A stretch of 64,000 nucleotides of DNA from an uncultured Leptospirales bacterium (GTDB lineage: Bacteria; Spirochaetota; UBA4802; UBA5550): contig CAZYBU010000015.1 in the NCBI GenBank assembly GCA_964645775.1, positions 4,943 through 68,942 of the forward strand. Reading direction: 5' to 3'. Made by a program: the position numbers and the translations under genes. Shown piece after piece: positions 40,014 to 50,469 of the stretch (position 1 is the stretch's first letter; every line of letters begins with the position of its first letter). The notes under the pieces are model-generated. The model was not told the DNA's origin. It ran no database searches and saw only the letters and a list, made by a program, of their open reading frames with translations.

Positions 40014-40255
40014 CTTTCTCGATCCTCACGGATCAATTCGGCCGGGCCAGGGAGAGATTCAGGACCTTCCAACGTGAGATTTTCTATCTCTTCCAGGACC
40101 CTCTCTCTGCGGAGAAGTCTTTCCTGTTGAAGGTTAAGGGCCTTTCGCAGAAGAACGATTGTCTCCTGGGATATACTTCTGTTTTCCTCTCTGGCAACCC
40201 GGGCAAGTCTTTCATATAGATCATCGGGAACATCCCGTACCTGGAGTATGGGCAT
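40010..40255 (-). CDS. vapB: RHH-type antitoxin VapB
   Basis: MPILQVRDVPDDLYERLARVAREENRSISQE is a ribbon-helix-helix fold; AAGGAG RBS. Confidence 0.6.
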   Translation of the reverse strand: MPILQVRDVPDDLYERLARVAREENRSISQETIVLLRKALNLQQERLLRRERVLEEIENLTLEGPESLPGPAELIREDRER

Positions 40256-40622
40256 AACGGTTCTCCTTTGCATGCAAATATAATGCATTATTCATAACAT
40301 GTCAAGAGTTGTCCGCTTCGGATTCATCCGGCCCGGGCCCTGTGTCTTCAACTTCGATTTTTCAGATGAGAGCAAAAGACCCTTTGGAGGGTCCATAGGA
40401 GGGGAGTCCCTGGCACCCTTCTTCCGCCGCGTCCCTGGAGAGGAACCTCTTTGATATCTGCCGTGACCGGAAGGGAATTCCGGGAGAATATCATGACACA
40501 ATCATGGATAACCCTGCCTTATGATTCCCGGCATACGACGAAATGATCAAGACTGAAAAATAAAAAAAGTGGACTCAACATCCAGCAGAGTGTATCCTTC
40601 CCCTATCCACAAGGAGGCAGAC

Positions 40623-41072
40623 ATGTCCCGAAAAAAATCAGTCCCTGTTCTCACATTATTTCTCATCATCCCTCTATTCCTCTTCGCGGGAGACAGGGCC
40701 CGAATATCCGACCCGGTTAAGGCCTGTAATTATGTTTTAACCGTGATCCATGAAGGTGACATGGAGAAGATCTCGGGTATCCTGAGCGAGGTAAACCGGA
40801 AAGACCTGCTTCCCCTCAATGAAGAGAACAGGGAGGAGATGGGCCGGCTCATCATGGAAGGCAGGAAACTGATTGGAGACGTACGGAAAGTCACTGAAAT
40901 CAGAAAAGGCCCGCCCTTTCTGGGAGATGGAGCTGTCATTGGAAAGGTCCGTGTCATGGAAGGAGAAGTCATCGTGGTTACCATGACAAAGGAAGGAAAT
41001 TTTTACTACTTCGATGACCTGGGAAGCCCGTCGGTTCGCATGTACGGGGAACTGGAGAAGCTCTCTCCCTGA
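40623..41072 (+). CDS. Hypothetical secreted protein
   Basis: AAGGAGG RBS and a signal peptide MSRKKSVPVLTLFLIIPLFLFA. Confidence 0.45.
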   Translation: MSRKKSVPVLTLFLIIPLFLFAGDRARISDPVKACNYVLTVIHEGDMEKISGILSEVNRKDLLPLNEENREEMGRLIMEGRKLIGDVRKVTEIRKGPPFLGDGAVIGKVRVMEGEVIVVTMTKEGNFYYFDDLGSPSVRMYGELEKLSP

Positions 41073-41215
41073 GGCTGCCAGCATACATCTCACCTGAAAA
41101 ACCAGAGAATATTCATTAATTCACAGAGGACTATCCGGCCGGTTCGATATACCCGCTGTTCAAGATATCCCGGATACCAGCCTATGGAATCCCGATTTAT
41201 TTTTATGATTATCTT

Positions 41216-41674
41216 TCAAATATTCCCGTACATGAACAGGTTAATGAGGCGGGCGATAAAATAAGACCCGGCCAGAAGAAAAATCGGCATGGAAAGAAAA
41301 AACAGGAAGATATCCGTCAGTTTCACCACAGATGAATGCAGAACCCGCTTACCGAAAAAATTGTAGTGATAGTTCTCCGGGTCCTTTGACCGTTCATAAA
41401 TTCTTCTGAAGATACGTATCTTCAGCATAAGCATTATAATCATCAGGATACCGGAAATGATCCAGAATACGTAGGTGAAGTCAGCCTCCTGGACAACATC
41501 CGGGTACTTCAGGGCGATAACTATCAGGATAATGGCGATAATTACGTTGGAATTAGTCGTTACCAGGAAAAAATTAAGGTATCTCTTCTCTCTTTTAATG
41601 GCGTACAGAAAGAGAAAGTAGATGTGAATCGAAAAGGAGATAACAAGCGCAGCCAGGAAAACAACGATTATCAA
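41216..41674 (-). CDS. Hypothetical 4-TM membrane protein in an AT-rich (about 37% GC) gene
   Basis: Hydrophobic ORF with a composition anomaly and no recognisable domain. Confidence 0.4.
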   Translation of the reverse strand: MIIVVFLAALVISFSIHIYFLFLYAIKREKRYLNFFLVTTNSNVIIAIILIVIALKYPDVVQEADFTYVFWIISGILMIIMLMLKIRIFRRIYERSKDPENYHYNFFGKRVLHSSVVKLTDIFLFFLSMPIFLLAGSYFIARLINLFMYGNI

Positions 41675-41841
41675 GGGTAATACCCCGATCCAACTATAGT
41701 TTATGATCTACATTCCTTTCATCCCGTTACCACGTAATTATAATTGATTTGTTCCATATATGTTGTATATTAATAAAGAGTCCGGATCGTGGCAATTAAA
41801 TTCGGGCGCGTGCCAACAGGAAAACCAGAAGGGAGGGCGTT

Positions 41842-42081
41842 ATGGCACTGATCAGCGAAACCGTCAGGAAGAACGCGATGAAATGCGAGGAATGCGCGTT
41901 CCTCAAAATGGGCACAAGCGTGGACAGGAACAGCGTACTCTACGAAGAGGCCCTGAGCGCGGCCAAGGGTATGCTCCAGATATCCTGCAGCATGTGCCCC
42001 AACAGCAAAGATTTCGAAAAAATGCACGGGAAGAAGCCCTTTGAATATTACGCGGAACTGATTACCCGGAGACGGGAATAA
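41842..42081 (+). CDS. Small zinc-ribbon-like protein (CxxC...CxxC)
   Basis: GAAGGGAGGG RBS, with CEEC and CSMC pairs 42 aa apart. Confidence 0.45.
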   Translation: MALISETVRKNAMKCEECAFLKMGTSVDRNSVLYEEALSAAKGMLQISCSMCPNSKDFEKMHGKKPFEYYAELITRRRE

Positions 42082-42212
42082 ACATCTCAGGATTGCATCC
42101 CTGTTGAAGCAGCATCCGCGCCCCTGTCGCCTCTGGAGAGACTATTTCACAGAGAGTACCGGGGATGGGCCCTGCCAGGCAGAAATTCCTGGAAGCGCCT
42201 GTTAGTACCAGG

Positions 42213-42980
42213 TCAGCTACTCATTCTTTCAGAAAGAGTAGAAAAGCGTTGAAGTATGCTCCGTGCAAAGGGTGTCTCTTTCACTTCACTGACAAGCTTT
42301 TCGACATTGATCCCCTTGTTTTCCAGCTCTTCCCTCTGTTCATAAATATAGGCCCGCATAATTTCCCGATTATATTCAGGATGGAATTGCACACCCCAGG
42401 CACACTCGCCTGCCCTAAAGGCATGATTTGCTTCATAGGAATTAGCGGCCAGGCGTACGGCATGAGGGGGAAGACTGTGTACGGACTGAGCGTGGGTAGA
42501 GTGAACGAAAAATCGTTCAGGCAGACCTGAAAAGAGCGGGTCATCCCTGCAGGATGAATTACATTCCACCTCCACGGTACCGATTTCCTTTCCAGCGGGA
42601 TGGTATCCTGCCTCTCCCCCGAGGGCCCGTGCCATAAGCTGGTGGCCGTAGCATATACCGAGAAGGGGCACGCCCTTTTCTATCAGCAACGGTATCCATT
42701 GCTCCAGGTAGAGACTCCAGGGAAGCTCATCGGTTACCATGGCATGGGATCCCGTAATGACCGCTGCCGCACAATCCTCGACATCGGGAAGGCTTTCCCC
42801 TTTTTCGATGTCGAGAACCCGTACCTCATTTTTCGTCGGCCCCAGGGCCACGCGGGTCCAGGTGTCGAAATCACCAAGAGTAATTCGAAGAGATTGAAAA
42901 GTGGATCCGATTTTCAGGATAAATATATATTGCATATAGGGGTCAGCATCCCCTCCCGTTGACTTTACCATCAAAAACAA
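42213..42980 (-). CDS. Class I glutamine amidotransferase-like protein
   Basis: GICYGHQLMARALGG with the catalytic Cys-His, and HPE. The true start is probably the internal MQYIF. Confidence 0.75.
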   Translation of the reverse strand: MFLMVKSTGGDADPYMQYIFILKIGSTFQSLRITLGDFDTWTRVALGPTKNEVRVLDIEKGESLPDVEDCAAAVITGSHAMVTDELPWSLYLEQWIPLLIEKGVPLLGICYGHQLMARALGGEAGYHPAGKEIGTVEVECNSSCRDDPLFSGLPERFFVHSTHAQSVHSLPPHAVRLAANSYEANHAFRAGECAWGVQFHPEYNREIMRAYIYEQREELENKGINVEKLVSEVKETPFARSILQRFSTLSERMSS

Positions 42981-43040
42981 TCAGATAATAATCTGTCGCC
43001 GATCTGTCATGGCAGGTTTCAAAAAAGCTTCTGGCCCTGT

Positions 43041-44084
43041 TTATCTTTTTGAAAAACCTCTTCTCAGCTCTTCCGCGATTATGTCCGTGGCTTCCCTTGC
43101 CTGGGGAAGCAGTTTATCCGCGGAGATAAAACCGTGGACCATGCCGTCGTACCGTACCAGCCGGGCCTCGACTCCATCCTCTTTCAGTTTCTCCACGTAG
43201 ACCTCCCCTTCGTCCCGGAGAACGTCAAAACCGGCCGTTATAACAAGGGCCGGCGGCAGGTCTTTGTGAGAGTCGGCCAGGAGAGGTGATGCGTAGGGTT
43301 CCCTTCTCTCCTTCTCATTGGGGAGATAAAGAGTGATAAACCTTTTAACGGCCGCTTTGTCGAGCATGTATCCCCGGCCGAAATTCCGGTAAGACTCGGT
43401 GTCCAGGTGAACCGCGTCCAGGCCCGGGTAGATCAGTACCTGGCAATCGATATCCGGGCCTCCCCTGTCCCGGGCCATGAGGGAGACCGCCGCCGCCAGG
43501 TTGCCCCCGGCGCTGTCCCCGGCCACGGCCAGCCTCTCAGGATCAACATTAAAGGAAGGACCGTTCTTTGCGACCCAGAGAAGGGCGGCGTAGGCATCAT
43601 TAACGGCCGCCGGGTAGGTATGTTCCGGCGCCAGGCGGTATTCCACGGATACAACAACAGCTCCCGATTTCTTCGCGATAACACGGCACAAATTGTCGTG
43701 TGTATCAATACTTCCCTGAACCCAGCCGCCACCATGGTAAAAAAGAACCGCGGGAAAGGGACCTTCCCCTTCCGGGGTATAGACCCGTACCGGTGCGGTA
43801 AGGCCCCCGGCCCCGGCCTTCATGTCCCTGACCGATGCCATGGGGACCGGGTCGCCTGCCACGGATGCGGCCTTCTCGGCCAGCATCCTGCGGGATTCTT
43901 CAACCGGGGCGGCCAGCTGCCGCCGGTTCTTCTCGGCCGCGTTGGTAAGTTTCAGGTAGACAGCAACCCTGGGATCAAGGGTACCGTGGGGCGTTCGCAT
44001 CCAGCTTCGTACCAGCAGGATACCGCCGATAACCAGGATAACAATTACTCCAATAATAATTCCGCCGATTTTTTTCCAGTTCAT
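43041..44084 (-). CDS. Alpha/beta hydrolase fold-3 esterase/lipase, membrane-anchored
   Basis: N-terminal TM, the HGGGW oxyanion motif, and GDSAGGNLA. Confidence 0.8.
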   Translation of the reverse strand: MNWKKIGGIIIGVIVILVIGGILLVRSWMRTPHGTLDPRVAVYLKLTNAAEKNRRQLAAPVEESRRMLAEKAASVAGDPVPMASVRDMKAGAGGLTAPVRVYTPEGEGPFPAVLFYHGGGWVQGSIDTHDNLCRVIAKKSGAVVVSVEYRLAPEHTYPAAVNDAYAALLWVAKNGPSFNVDPERLAVAGDSAGGNLAAAVSLMARDRGGPDIDCQVLIYPGLDAVHLDTESYRNFGRGYMLDKAAVKRFITLYLPNEKERREPYASPLLADSHKDLPPALVITAGFDVLRDEGEVYVEKLKEDGVEARLVRYDGMVHGFISADKLLPQAREATDIIAEELRRGFSKR

Positions 44085-44145
44085 GGTATCCTCCGGTTTT
44101 TTGCTGCTTGATCACAGATTACAATCCCTACATAACGGAATCTAT

Positions 44146-44343
44146 CTACAGGAGATGGGCCACCTCGGAAAACAGAAACCTTTCCCCGTGTCCCGGATAG
44201 ACATACCGGATGGAGTATCCTTTCAGTTTTTCCAGGCTTTTCTCCATGGCCGTCTCATCATCCACGTAAGCAGGTTTCAGTCTATTCCAAACTGTGAATG
44301 CAAGCAACCAGTATTTGCACCAGTACCGATGGTTATCATGAAT
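44146..44343 (-). pseudogene. C-terminal fragment of an MBL-fold hydrolase gene
   Basis: In-frame ...EKSLEKLKGYSIRYVYPGHGERFLFSEVAHLL* with no start codon; upstream stops interrupt it. Confidence 0.4.
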
Positions 44344-44510
44344 TCTAATTGAAAAATTCGGACACTTTGGGCATCACGTTAATCCGATCCCTGGTTAACA
44401 ACCAGATGAAGGGCAATTTTAGAATTCTGGACGGGCCCGGTTTTCATTGCCGCATCGACTTTTCCATAGACACATGCAGCGTGAGAGTGTAGTCACTGTA
44501 CTGGAGGATA

Positions 44511-44687
44511 ATGAGAATGGATGAGAATACAAGATTCATCGAAAGATACGGCCTCAGCAGGGATCAAATTGAAGAGAAAGCAAATGAAATCCTTTCAGGT
44601 ATGACCCTTAAAGACAAAACAGGGCAAATGAGCGGAGATACCCCTCTCCTCCAGAGTACCATAATCATTCAAGCCGGTCCCTGAAAC
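44511..44687 (+). pseudogene. N-terminal 58-aa fragment of a glycoside hydrolase family 3 gene
   Basis: GGAGG RBS, then MRMDENTRFIERYGLSRDQIEEKANEILSGMTLKDKTGQMSG, which is the GH3 N-terminal motif. A stop follows and no GH3 sequence continues downstream. Confidence 0.5.
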
Positions 44688-45040
44688 AGCATCAGATACC
44701 GGTGTCTATTAACCTCATGTCATGAACAGTACTATCAATGAGGACCGGCCCTTTCATGGCCTCGCCGTTTCTCTTCATGGGCCAGAATGGATCATTCAAA
44801 ATAATGTTCATTGACAGGTTATGAAATATGTCTCAGTATCCGTGAATAAAGAGGTTATCAGGTTTTTCTGTGATACAAGGAATGTGAAGCTACCCGATTG
44901 CTGCTAAGCCAAAAGGGATAGATTTCCGGTATCCTTTATCCTGACACGATTTACTGTCTCCGACTTCATCCTGATAGCCAGAGAAATCGGTTTATACTAT
45001 CAGGTTCATCTGATTATAAAAAATATTAGGAGGATACATT

Positions 45041-45364
45041 ATGCTGGAATCTATTCTCAGGTCTCTCAGGGGAATACCGGTAGCCGGAGGTATCGCGGAA
45101 TTCCTCTATGCCAGAATCCTTGTCAGGGACCGGGTCCGCTCACTAAGGACAGCCCCTTTATCCGGTGTTGTTGTCTCTTACGAGGGTGAAGAGCTGGAGA
45201 AGAAGCTGGAGGATCTGGCAAACTCCGAGTGGACACTCAAAATCGAAAAATGGCTCATGGAAGAAGAAATTCCCTCGTACATTATCGCTGGCATGAAAAA
45301 CGGCGCCATTCAAAAAATGAAACAGGCCATGAAACTCAAGGTAGGCGAACAGAAGAGGGAGTAA
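45041..45364 (+). CDS. Hypothetical protein
   Basis: AGGAGG RBS upstream; no recognisable domain. Confidence 0.35.
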   Translation: MLESILRSLRGIPVAGGIAEFLYARILVRDRVRSLRTAPLSGVVVSYEGEELEKKLEDLANSEWTLKIEKWLMEEEIPSYIIAGMKNGAIQKMKQAMKLKVGEQKRE

Positions 45365-45623
45365 GGCCCAGAACAGCCAGATTCGCGACAAGCCTGGACC
45401 GCCGACAATCCAGAGTTTACATAATTTGAATGTCCCATTATGCGTAAAACAGATTCACACCTGAAATGTGTGGACTCTTCGTTTTTCAGCGTACCATTGC
45501 ACCGCGAGTACCAAATGTGTTTCCGAAAGTTTCCTTATAATCATAATTAATTATTGACAGTTGCCTTTATTCTGATCAGGCACCCTGTAAAGATTACATG
45601 GATAATAAAGGAATGACTCTCCT

Positions 45624-46493
45624 ATGGACAGCTTAACCATTTCACTTATCATTTTCGGAGCCAGCGTACTCTACGCTTTCATCGCGGGACTTATCACCCG
45701 CAACTATTCCCAGGTGGACCGGATATGGTCGATCCTGCCGGGTGTCTATGTTTTGGTATGGCTTCCCGATTATATCGACAATATCCGTTACATCATCCCG
45801 GCCATTATAGTCATTCTCTGGTGTATCCGCCTCTCCACCAACTTCGCCCTGAAGGGGGGCTTCAACTTCAGCCTGGAAAAAGGTTTCTACGAGGAGGACT
45901 ACCGGTGGCCCATTCTCAAGGAAAAGATACCGAACCGGTTTCTCTTCGAACTCTTTAACCTGGGATTTATTTCATTTTACCAGCTGGGCCAGGTCTTTCT
46001 TTTCACCCTGCCCCTCTACTTCTACGGCAAGGTAACCGGACCCATAACCACGGTTGAAATCGTCCTTTTCACGCTTCACGCCCTCTTCCTTCTCATGGAG
46101 ACCGTTGCCGACGCCCAGCAGATGAGATACTACAACCGCCGGTACAGTCCCGAGTACAAAGACGATCCCCGCTACGGACTGGGATTCAACACCTTCGGGC
46201 TATGGAAGTATTCCCGTCACCCCAACTATGTCTTCGAACTTCTCCAGTGGATAACGGTATCCTTCTACATGCACGTCTCCGTGGGAGGGTTTCACTGGAC
46301 CGGTATCGGAGCCATATTACTGGTGACTCTTTTTGTCGGAAGCACCATCTTCGCAGAGAAGATTACCGCGTCCAAATACCCGGCCTACACAGACTGGAAG
46401 AAGGCCACGCCTCCCTGGATTCCCCTTACCCTCCCCTTCCGGATGAAACAGCGCCGGGAATTCAGGGAGAAGTACAATCTCTCATCCTTTTAA
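45624..46493 (+). CDS. DUF1295 / steroid-5-alpha-reductase-like membrane protein
   Basis: Multi-TM protein with YSRHPNYVFELL. Confidence 0.55.
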   Translation: MDSLTISLIIFGASVLYAFIAGLITRNYSQVDRIWSILPGVYVLVWLPDYIDNIRYIIPAIIVILWCIRLSTNFALKGGFNFSLEKGFYEEDYRWPILKEKIPNRFLFELFNLGFISFYQLGQVFLFTLPLYFYGKVTGPITTVEIVLFTLHALFLLMETVADAQQMRYYNRRYSPEYKDDPRYGLGFNTFGLWKYSRHPNYVFELLQWITVSFYMHVSVGGFHWTGIGAILLVTLFVGSTIFAEKITASKYPAYTDWKKATPPWIPLTLPFRMKQRREFREKYNLSSF

Positions 46494-46720
46494 CACTGAT
46501 ACTGTAACCCTAATACAACAAGGAGCCGGACGATTGTCCGGCTTTTCAGGCACAACCTGGCCAGCGACATCCTGGCCCCGAAAAACGTTAAGCCCATGGC
46601 GGACCTCATCACAGACTATTTCAGGAAGATCGCCGAAAAAATGAACTGAAAGAATGCCATAAAAATAGCCCGGGAATTTTTATGGTGAACGTATGTTTAC
46701 GAATTAAAGCCTGACAACCG

Positions 46721-47509
46721 TCATCCATGACCGGTAACGACCAATAGAGAGCCGTAAATAATAAGTCCCTGGGCTACCAGGTAGGTAATCCAGGGGACCT
46801 GGAATTCGTAACGGGGATGATCCCCACGGATGGTGGTCTGCCCCATGATAGCGTCTGACAGGAGAAAAAAGAGAAAACCCGCGGCGACAACATACCAGGC
46901 ACCGCCACGGACCAGGACCGCCGAAAAGGCAAGGGCCGATGCGGCCCCCAGAATCATTCCGTAAACCAGGGCTGAATATGTCATGACCTTCGGTCTTTCA
47001 GGATTATAGACCGTAAACCGGAAGAGTAGAGCCGGGACTACTATCAAAGCGGGAAGGAGAATCGCGAGGTACCCATCACGGAGGAGAAGAGCCGGTGAAA
47101 CCTGATAACAGATAAAGAGGATGTAGAAAGCCTGGGCTGTCATGAAACTGAAGATTCCGGGAATCAGGGGTTCCGATATTCTCTCCTTTACGGATTCGAA
47201 CTGAAGATTGAAAAAATCTCCCAGGGATGAGAGGGACATCCCCAAAGCGATAAGAATAAAGTATGACCGGAAGTCCGTAATAGCAAGAAGCAGCCAGGCG
47301 TAGAATAGAAGCTGAAGTGAAAGGCCCAGGTAGGCTCCCCGGCAGAAGGGAAGCCTTTCCGAGGAAGTTTTCAGAGAGATTATGGTTGCCCAGTGCACAA
47401 GGAATGAAATAACGACGAGAATGGGCGGCACTGGAGCCAGGAACATTTCTATTGTATTCATTTCATATCTCCCGGATCTGGATATATATACTGGATGCTG
47501 ATAATGCAC
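46721..47509 (-). CDS. Polytopic membrane protein, YhhN-like
   Basis: Seven to eight TM helices with SLGDFF; a weak family call. Confidence 0.35.
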   Translation of the reverse strand: MHYQHPVYISRSGRYEMNTIEMFLAPVPPILVVISFLVHWATIISLKTSSERLPFCRGAYLGLSLQLLFYAWLLLAITDFRSYFILIALGMSLSSLGDFFNLQFESVKERISEPLIPGIFSFMTAQAFYILFICYQVSPALLLRDGYLAILLPALIVVPALLFRFTVYNPERPKVMTYSALVYGMILGAASALAFSAVLVRGGAWYVVAAGFLFFLLSDAIMGQTTIRGDHPRYEFQVPWITYLVAQGLIIYGSLLVVTGHG

Positions 47510-47675
47510 ATCGGAGAATAATACTACCCTTTTTTTATAATAAAATCTACTGTGAAAAAAGGGATATGGACACAGAATCAGGTTATTGATATTTTTATCT
47601 GTAGCCGATAAGTATTAATAAGGATATTTTCTTGCGGAGAGGACCTCTCCGTTACAGGTGCGCGAGGTAGGATGT

Positions 47676-48806
47676 ATGCAGATATTCAAGGGTCTAATAA
47701 AAGGTATGCTTGTCCCTCTTCTGGTTGTTTCCATGATGCTTCCCGCGGTAAGTTTCAGCGACCAGACCACATCGGAAAGAATACTTTCAGAGAACCGTCA
47801 TTTTATCAATTTTGTCAATGTAGGCCTTTCAAATTTCGCACCGGAGAAGAAAGATGAATTTCTGAAAGCGTACCAGATTCATTTCAATGCGGATGTGGCC
47901 TACCTGCAGGGGGATTACAAGCGCACCTACAAAAGAATCTATGAATCCCAGGGAGAGATGGTCAAACTCTACGAGGACCTGGTGAAGAACATCTACCTTG
48001 AGGATTCCAAGTCTATCCTGGACAGGATGGCACCTGATATAATTCGTTCTAAAAATGCACGCGCGCGCCTCTTTCTCACTCTCGGCTATCGGGACAGGAC
48101 CGTAAGCCGTAATTACTATATCGTGGGAGAAGCCACCCGTCCGAAGCTCCACTCGTATAAACTTTTCCAGTATGAGGAAGCCATCAAAATGGCGCGGAGG
48201 GCGAAGCGGTACGGTTTTCTTGCCCTCTTTGAGAGCCAGGATCGTGAAACAAAAATGGCCATCTATAATCAAATGCTTAAGACAGAGAATGAAAAGGGTA
48301 ATTCTCTCTTCTTTAAACGTTTCGTTGACAAGAAGGATGATGCCTATATCACAGAAATGCAGGTAACTTATGAGGAATACGAGAAGAAGATTGAAGAAAA
48401 TAAAGGCGAGGATGCGAAGTTCGAGAAGAGGCTGGAACGCCGGGTACGATTCAGAAGAGAAAAACAGTGCGCGGAATACCTCATCAACGCGGAATTCGAC
48501 CGGGCGAACGACATCGTAAAAAAGTACGTGGATGACTTCAACTACAAGCTGATCACCGCAACCTTCGATGTCCTGCAAAAGAAGGAGGGTGAAGGAGGGG
48601 TCGATTACGCTTCCATGAAGGTTCATCTGCAGGATAACTATGTCAGGTTCAGCAAAGACTCCCTACTGGATGAGATCTCCAATAAAGTAAAGGTCGTTGA
48701 CTCTGTGGAAGAAAAGGATAAGGATGACGCAGAAAACGCCGAGCGGAAAACCCCTGAAGAGACAGATAAAGAGACAACCGAGGACAACAGGGAACCGCAA
48801 AATTGA
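47676..48806 (+). CDS. Hypothetical secreted protein with a charged C-terminal tail
   Basis: Signal peptide MQIFKGLIKGMLVPLLVVSMMLPAVSFS and a Lys/Glu/Asp-rich C-terminus. Confidence 0.5.
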   Translation: MQIFKGLIKGMLVPLLVVSMMLPAVSFSDQTTSERILSENRHFINFVNVGLSNFAPEKKDEFLKAYQIHFNADVAYLQGDYKRTYKRIYESQGEMVKLYEDLVKNIYLEDSKSILDRMAPDIIRSKNARARLFLTLGYRDRTVSRNYYIVGEATRPKLHSYKLFQYEEAIKMARRAKRYGFLALFESQDRETKMAIYNQMLKTENEKGNSLFFKRFVDKKDDAYITEMQVTYEEYEKKIEENKGEDAKFEKRLERRVRFRREKQCAEYLINAEFDRANDIVKKYVDDFNYKLITATFDVLQKKEGEGGVDYASMKVHLQDNYVRFSKDSLLDEISNKVKVVDSVEEKDKDDAENAERKTPEETDKETTEDNREPQN

Positions 48807-48828
48807 GAAATCCTCGAGGAAGGTTGTA

Positions 48829-49008
48829 ATGACGAATGGACAGGTCCCCAGAAATGTGGCAAATCTGGACAAGCAACTCAGACAGGATATAGCTGAACTC
48901 TACATGGCACTGGACGAGATTCCGGACAGGGCACTGGCCATTGATATCCTGGCAGAGCACGTCGCTATGATGGTCGACATGATAAATGAGCTGAAATCAA
49001 GGGGTTGA
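48829..49008 (+). CDS. Hypothetical small protein
   Basis: GAGGAAGG RBS, 59 aa. Confidence 0.3.
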   Translation: MTNGQVPRNVANLDKQLRQDIAELYMALDEIPDRALAIDILAEHVAMMVDMINELKSRG

Positions 49009-49105
49009 CAGCTCCCTCCTGAAAAAACTCTTGCCAGATCACAATACCCGTTGTACTGTAATTACTTACCAATCAATTGCCCCCCGGCAATAGTGGAGTT
49101 CCGCT

Positions 49106-49504
49106 ATGAAAATTGCAGCCAAGTTGCTATTTATATCTGTTTTGCCCCTGATTCTTATTCCCCAGGGTTGTCGAGAAGATATTGATCTTCCCAGGAAGAC
49201 GGGTAAACTCGGTATTGTCGTGCCTGTTGGAGAAGGCAAGGTAAAATCAGAAAGTGTTACCCGGGAAGACGGCGTAGTGGACGGTCCCTACGTGATATCC
49301 GGGGTTTATGAGGGAAGTCCCGCCTATGAGGCAGGCATCCGGCCTGATGATGTTATTCTCCAGGTAAACGGGGTAGATATCGAAGGTAAGAATTATAACT
49401 ATGTTTATAATGAATTGCTCCTGGGCCCTCCAGGTACCCGGGTCACCCTGCTGATTAAGCGAGGAGACCAGACCATGGTCTTCGATGTTGTGCGGGGAGA
49501 ATAG
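49106..49504 (+). CDS. PDZ-domain lipoprotein
   Basis: Lipobox IPQGC and a PDZ segment GIRPDDVILQVNGVDIEG. Confidence 0.6.
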   Translation: MKIAAKLLFISVLPLILIPQGCREDIDLPRKTGKLGIVVPVGEGKVKSESVTREDGVVDGPYVISGVYEGSPAYEAGIRPDDVILQVNGVDIEGKNYNYVYNELLLGPPGTRVTLLIKRGDQTMVFDVVRGE

Positions 49505-49615
49505 GGGAATAGTGTGTTTGCACGCTGGATTCGTCGCATCATCCTTCTTTTTTCCCTGCTGGCCGGTTTGATTATAACTATCGACATACTTTATAAAGCC
49601 CTTGGGTAACTTCGC

Positions 49616-50467
49616 ATGAACAGGGATATAACAGCAAGGGTCAGACGATCCATCGATACCATGCCCCCCCTCTCTCCTGTTGTCCACAAGGTTGTTTCCG
49701 TGGCAAATGACATGAGCGCATCAGCCCAGGAGCTGACCGAAGTTATTCAGATGGACCCGGTCCTTATGGCCCGAATTCTTCGCCTCGTAAACAGCGCCTA
49801 TTTCGGAATGTCCCACGAGATAACGAACCTGAAGCAGGCGGTGGTCATCCTGGGGATCAACACCATCAAGAACGTGGCCCTCTCCTCCACGGTTCTGGAA
49901 AATCTCGCCCTTAAGAAGAACCCTGTACTTGACGCAGAGGAATTCTGGACACACTCCTTTGCCGTGGGTATCGCATCAAAACGGATCGCAGGCATTCTGG
50001 GGGCGGACGAGAAGCTTCACGAGGAATACTTTGCCGCCGGCCTTATGCATGATATCGGAATGATACTTATGAACAACACATTTGCCGAAAGTCTGGAACA
50101 GATAATGGAACAGGCCGCCCGTAACGAAAAACCGATTACACGGATTGAGAAAGATATCCTCGGTCTCACCCACGAAGAGATAGGTATAGCCATAGGGAAA
50201 CACTGGAATTTTGAGAAACGCTATCTCTATGCCGTGGGGCGTCATCACAGACCCTCGCCCGGGGGAAACGCCAGTCATTACGCCATGGTTGTTGGTGTGG
50301 CCGATTACTGTGTCCGTCAGCTTCATATGGGGTCCGCCATCGAGGGTACAGTAGCATCTATTCCTGTCGAGGTATGGAACGCCCTGGGTCTGGAAGAGGA
50401 AGAAGTCATGCAGAACCTGACTTCCCTTGAAGAAGAAATTCAGAAAGCCAGGGTCTTCCTGGAGTAG
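49616..50467 (+). CDS. HDOD-domain signalling protein
   Basis: LPPLSPVVHKVVSV...DPVLMARILRLVNSAYFG...GLMHDIG. Confidence 0.8.
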   Translation: MNRDITARVRRSIDTMPPLSPVVHKVVSVANDMSASAQELTEVIQMDPVLMARILRLVNSAYFGMSHEITNLKQAVVILGINTIKNVALSSTVLENLALKKNPVLDAEEFWTHSFAVGIASKRIAGILGADEKLHEEYFAAGLMHDIGMILMNNTFAESLEQIMEQAARNEKPITRIEKDILGLTHEEIGIAIGKHWNFEKRYLYAVGRHHRPSPGGNASHYAMVVGVADYCVRQLHMGSAIEGTVASIPVEVWNALGLEEEEVMQNLTSLEEEIQKARVFLE

Positions 50468-50469
50468 CC

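Noticed and set aside
44083-44352. An 89-aa plus-strand ORF in the scar region.
   Set aside because: The minus strand of the same interval has a clear MBL C-terminal motif (YPGHGERF). The plus-strand ORF is its shadow.
48697-49008. A 103-aa ORF starting inside the 3' end of the preceding secreted-protein gene.
   Set aside because: Its first 44 codons are Lys/Arg-rich overlap in an alternate frame of the upstream gene. A start at 48829 with a proper RBS is more plausible and is the one reported in the feature list.
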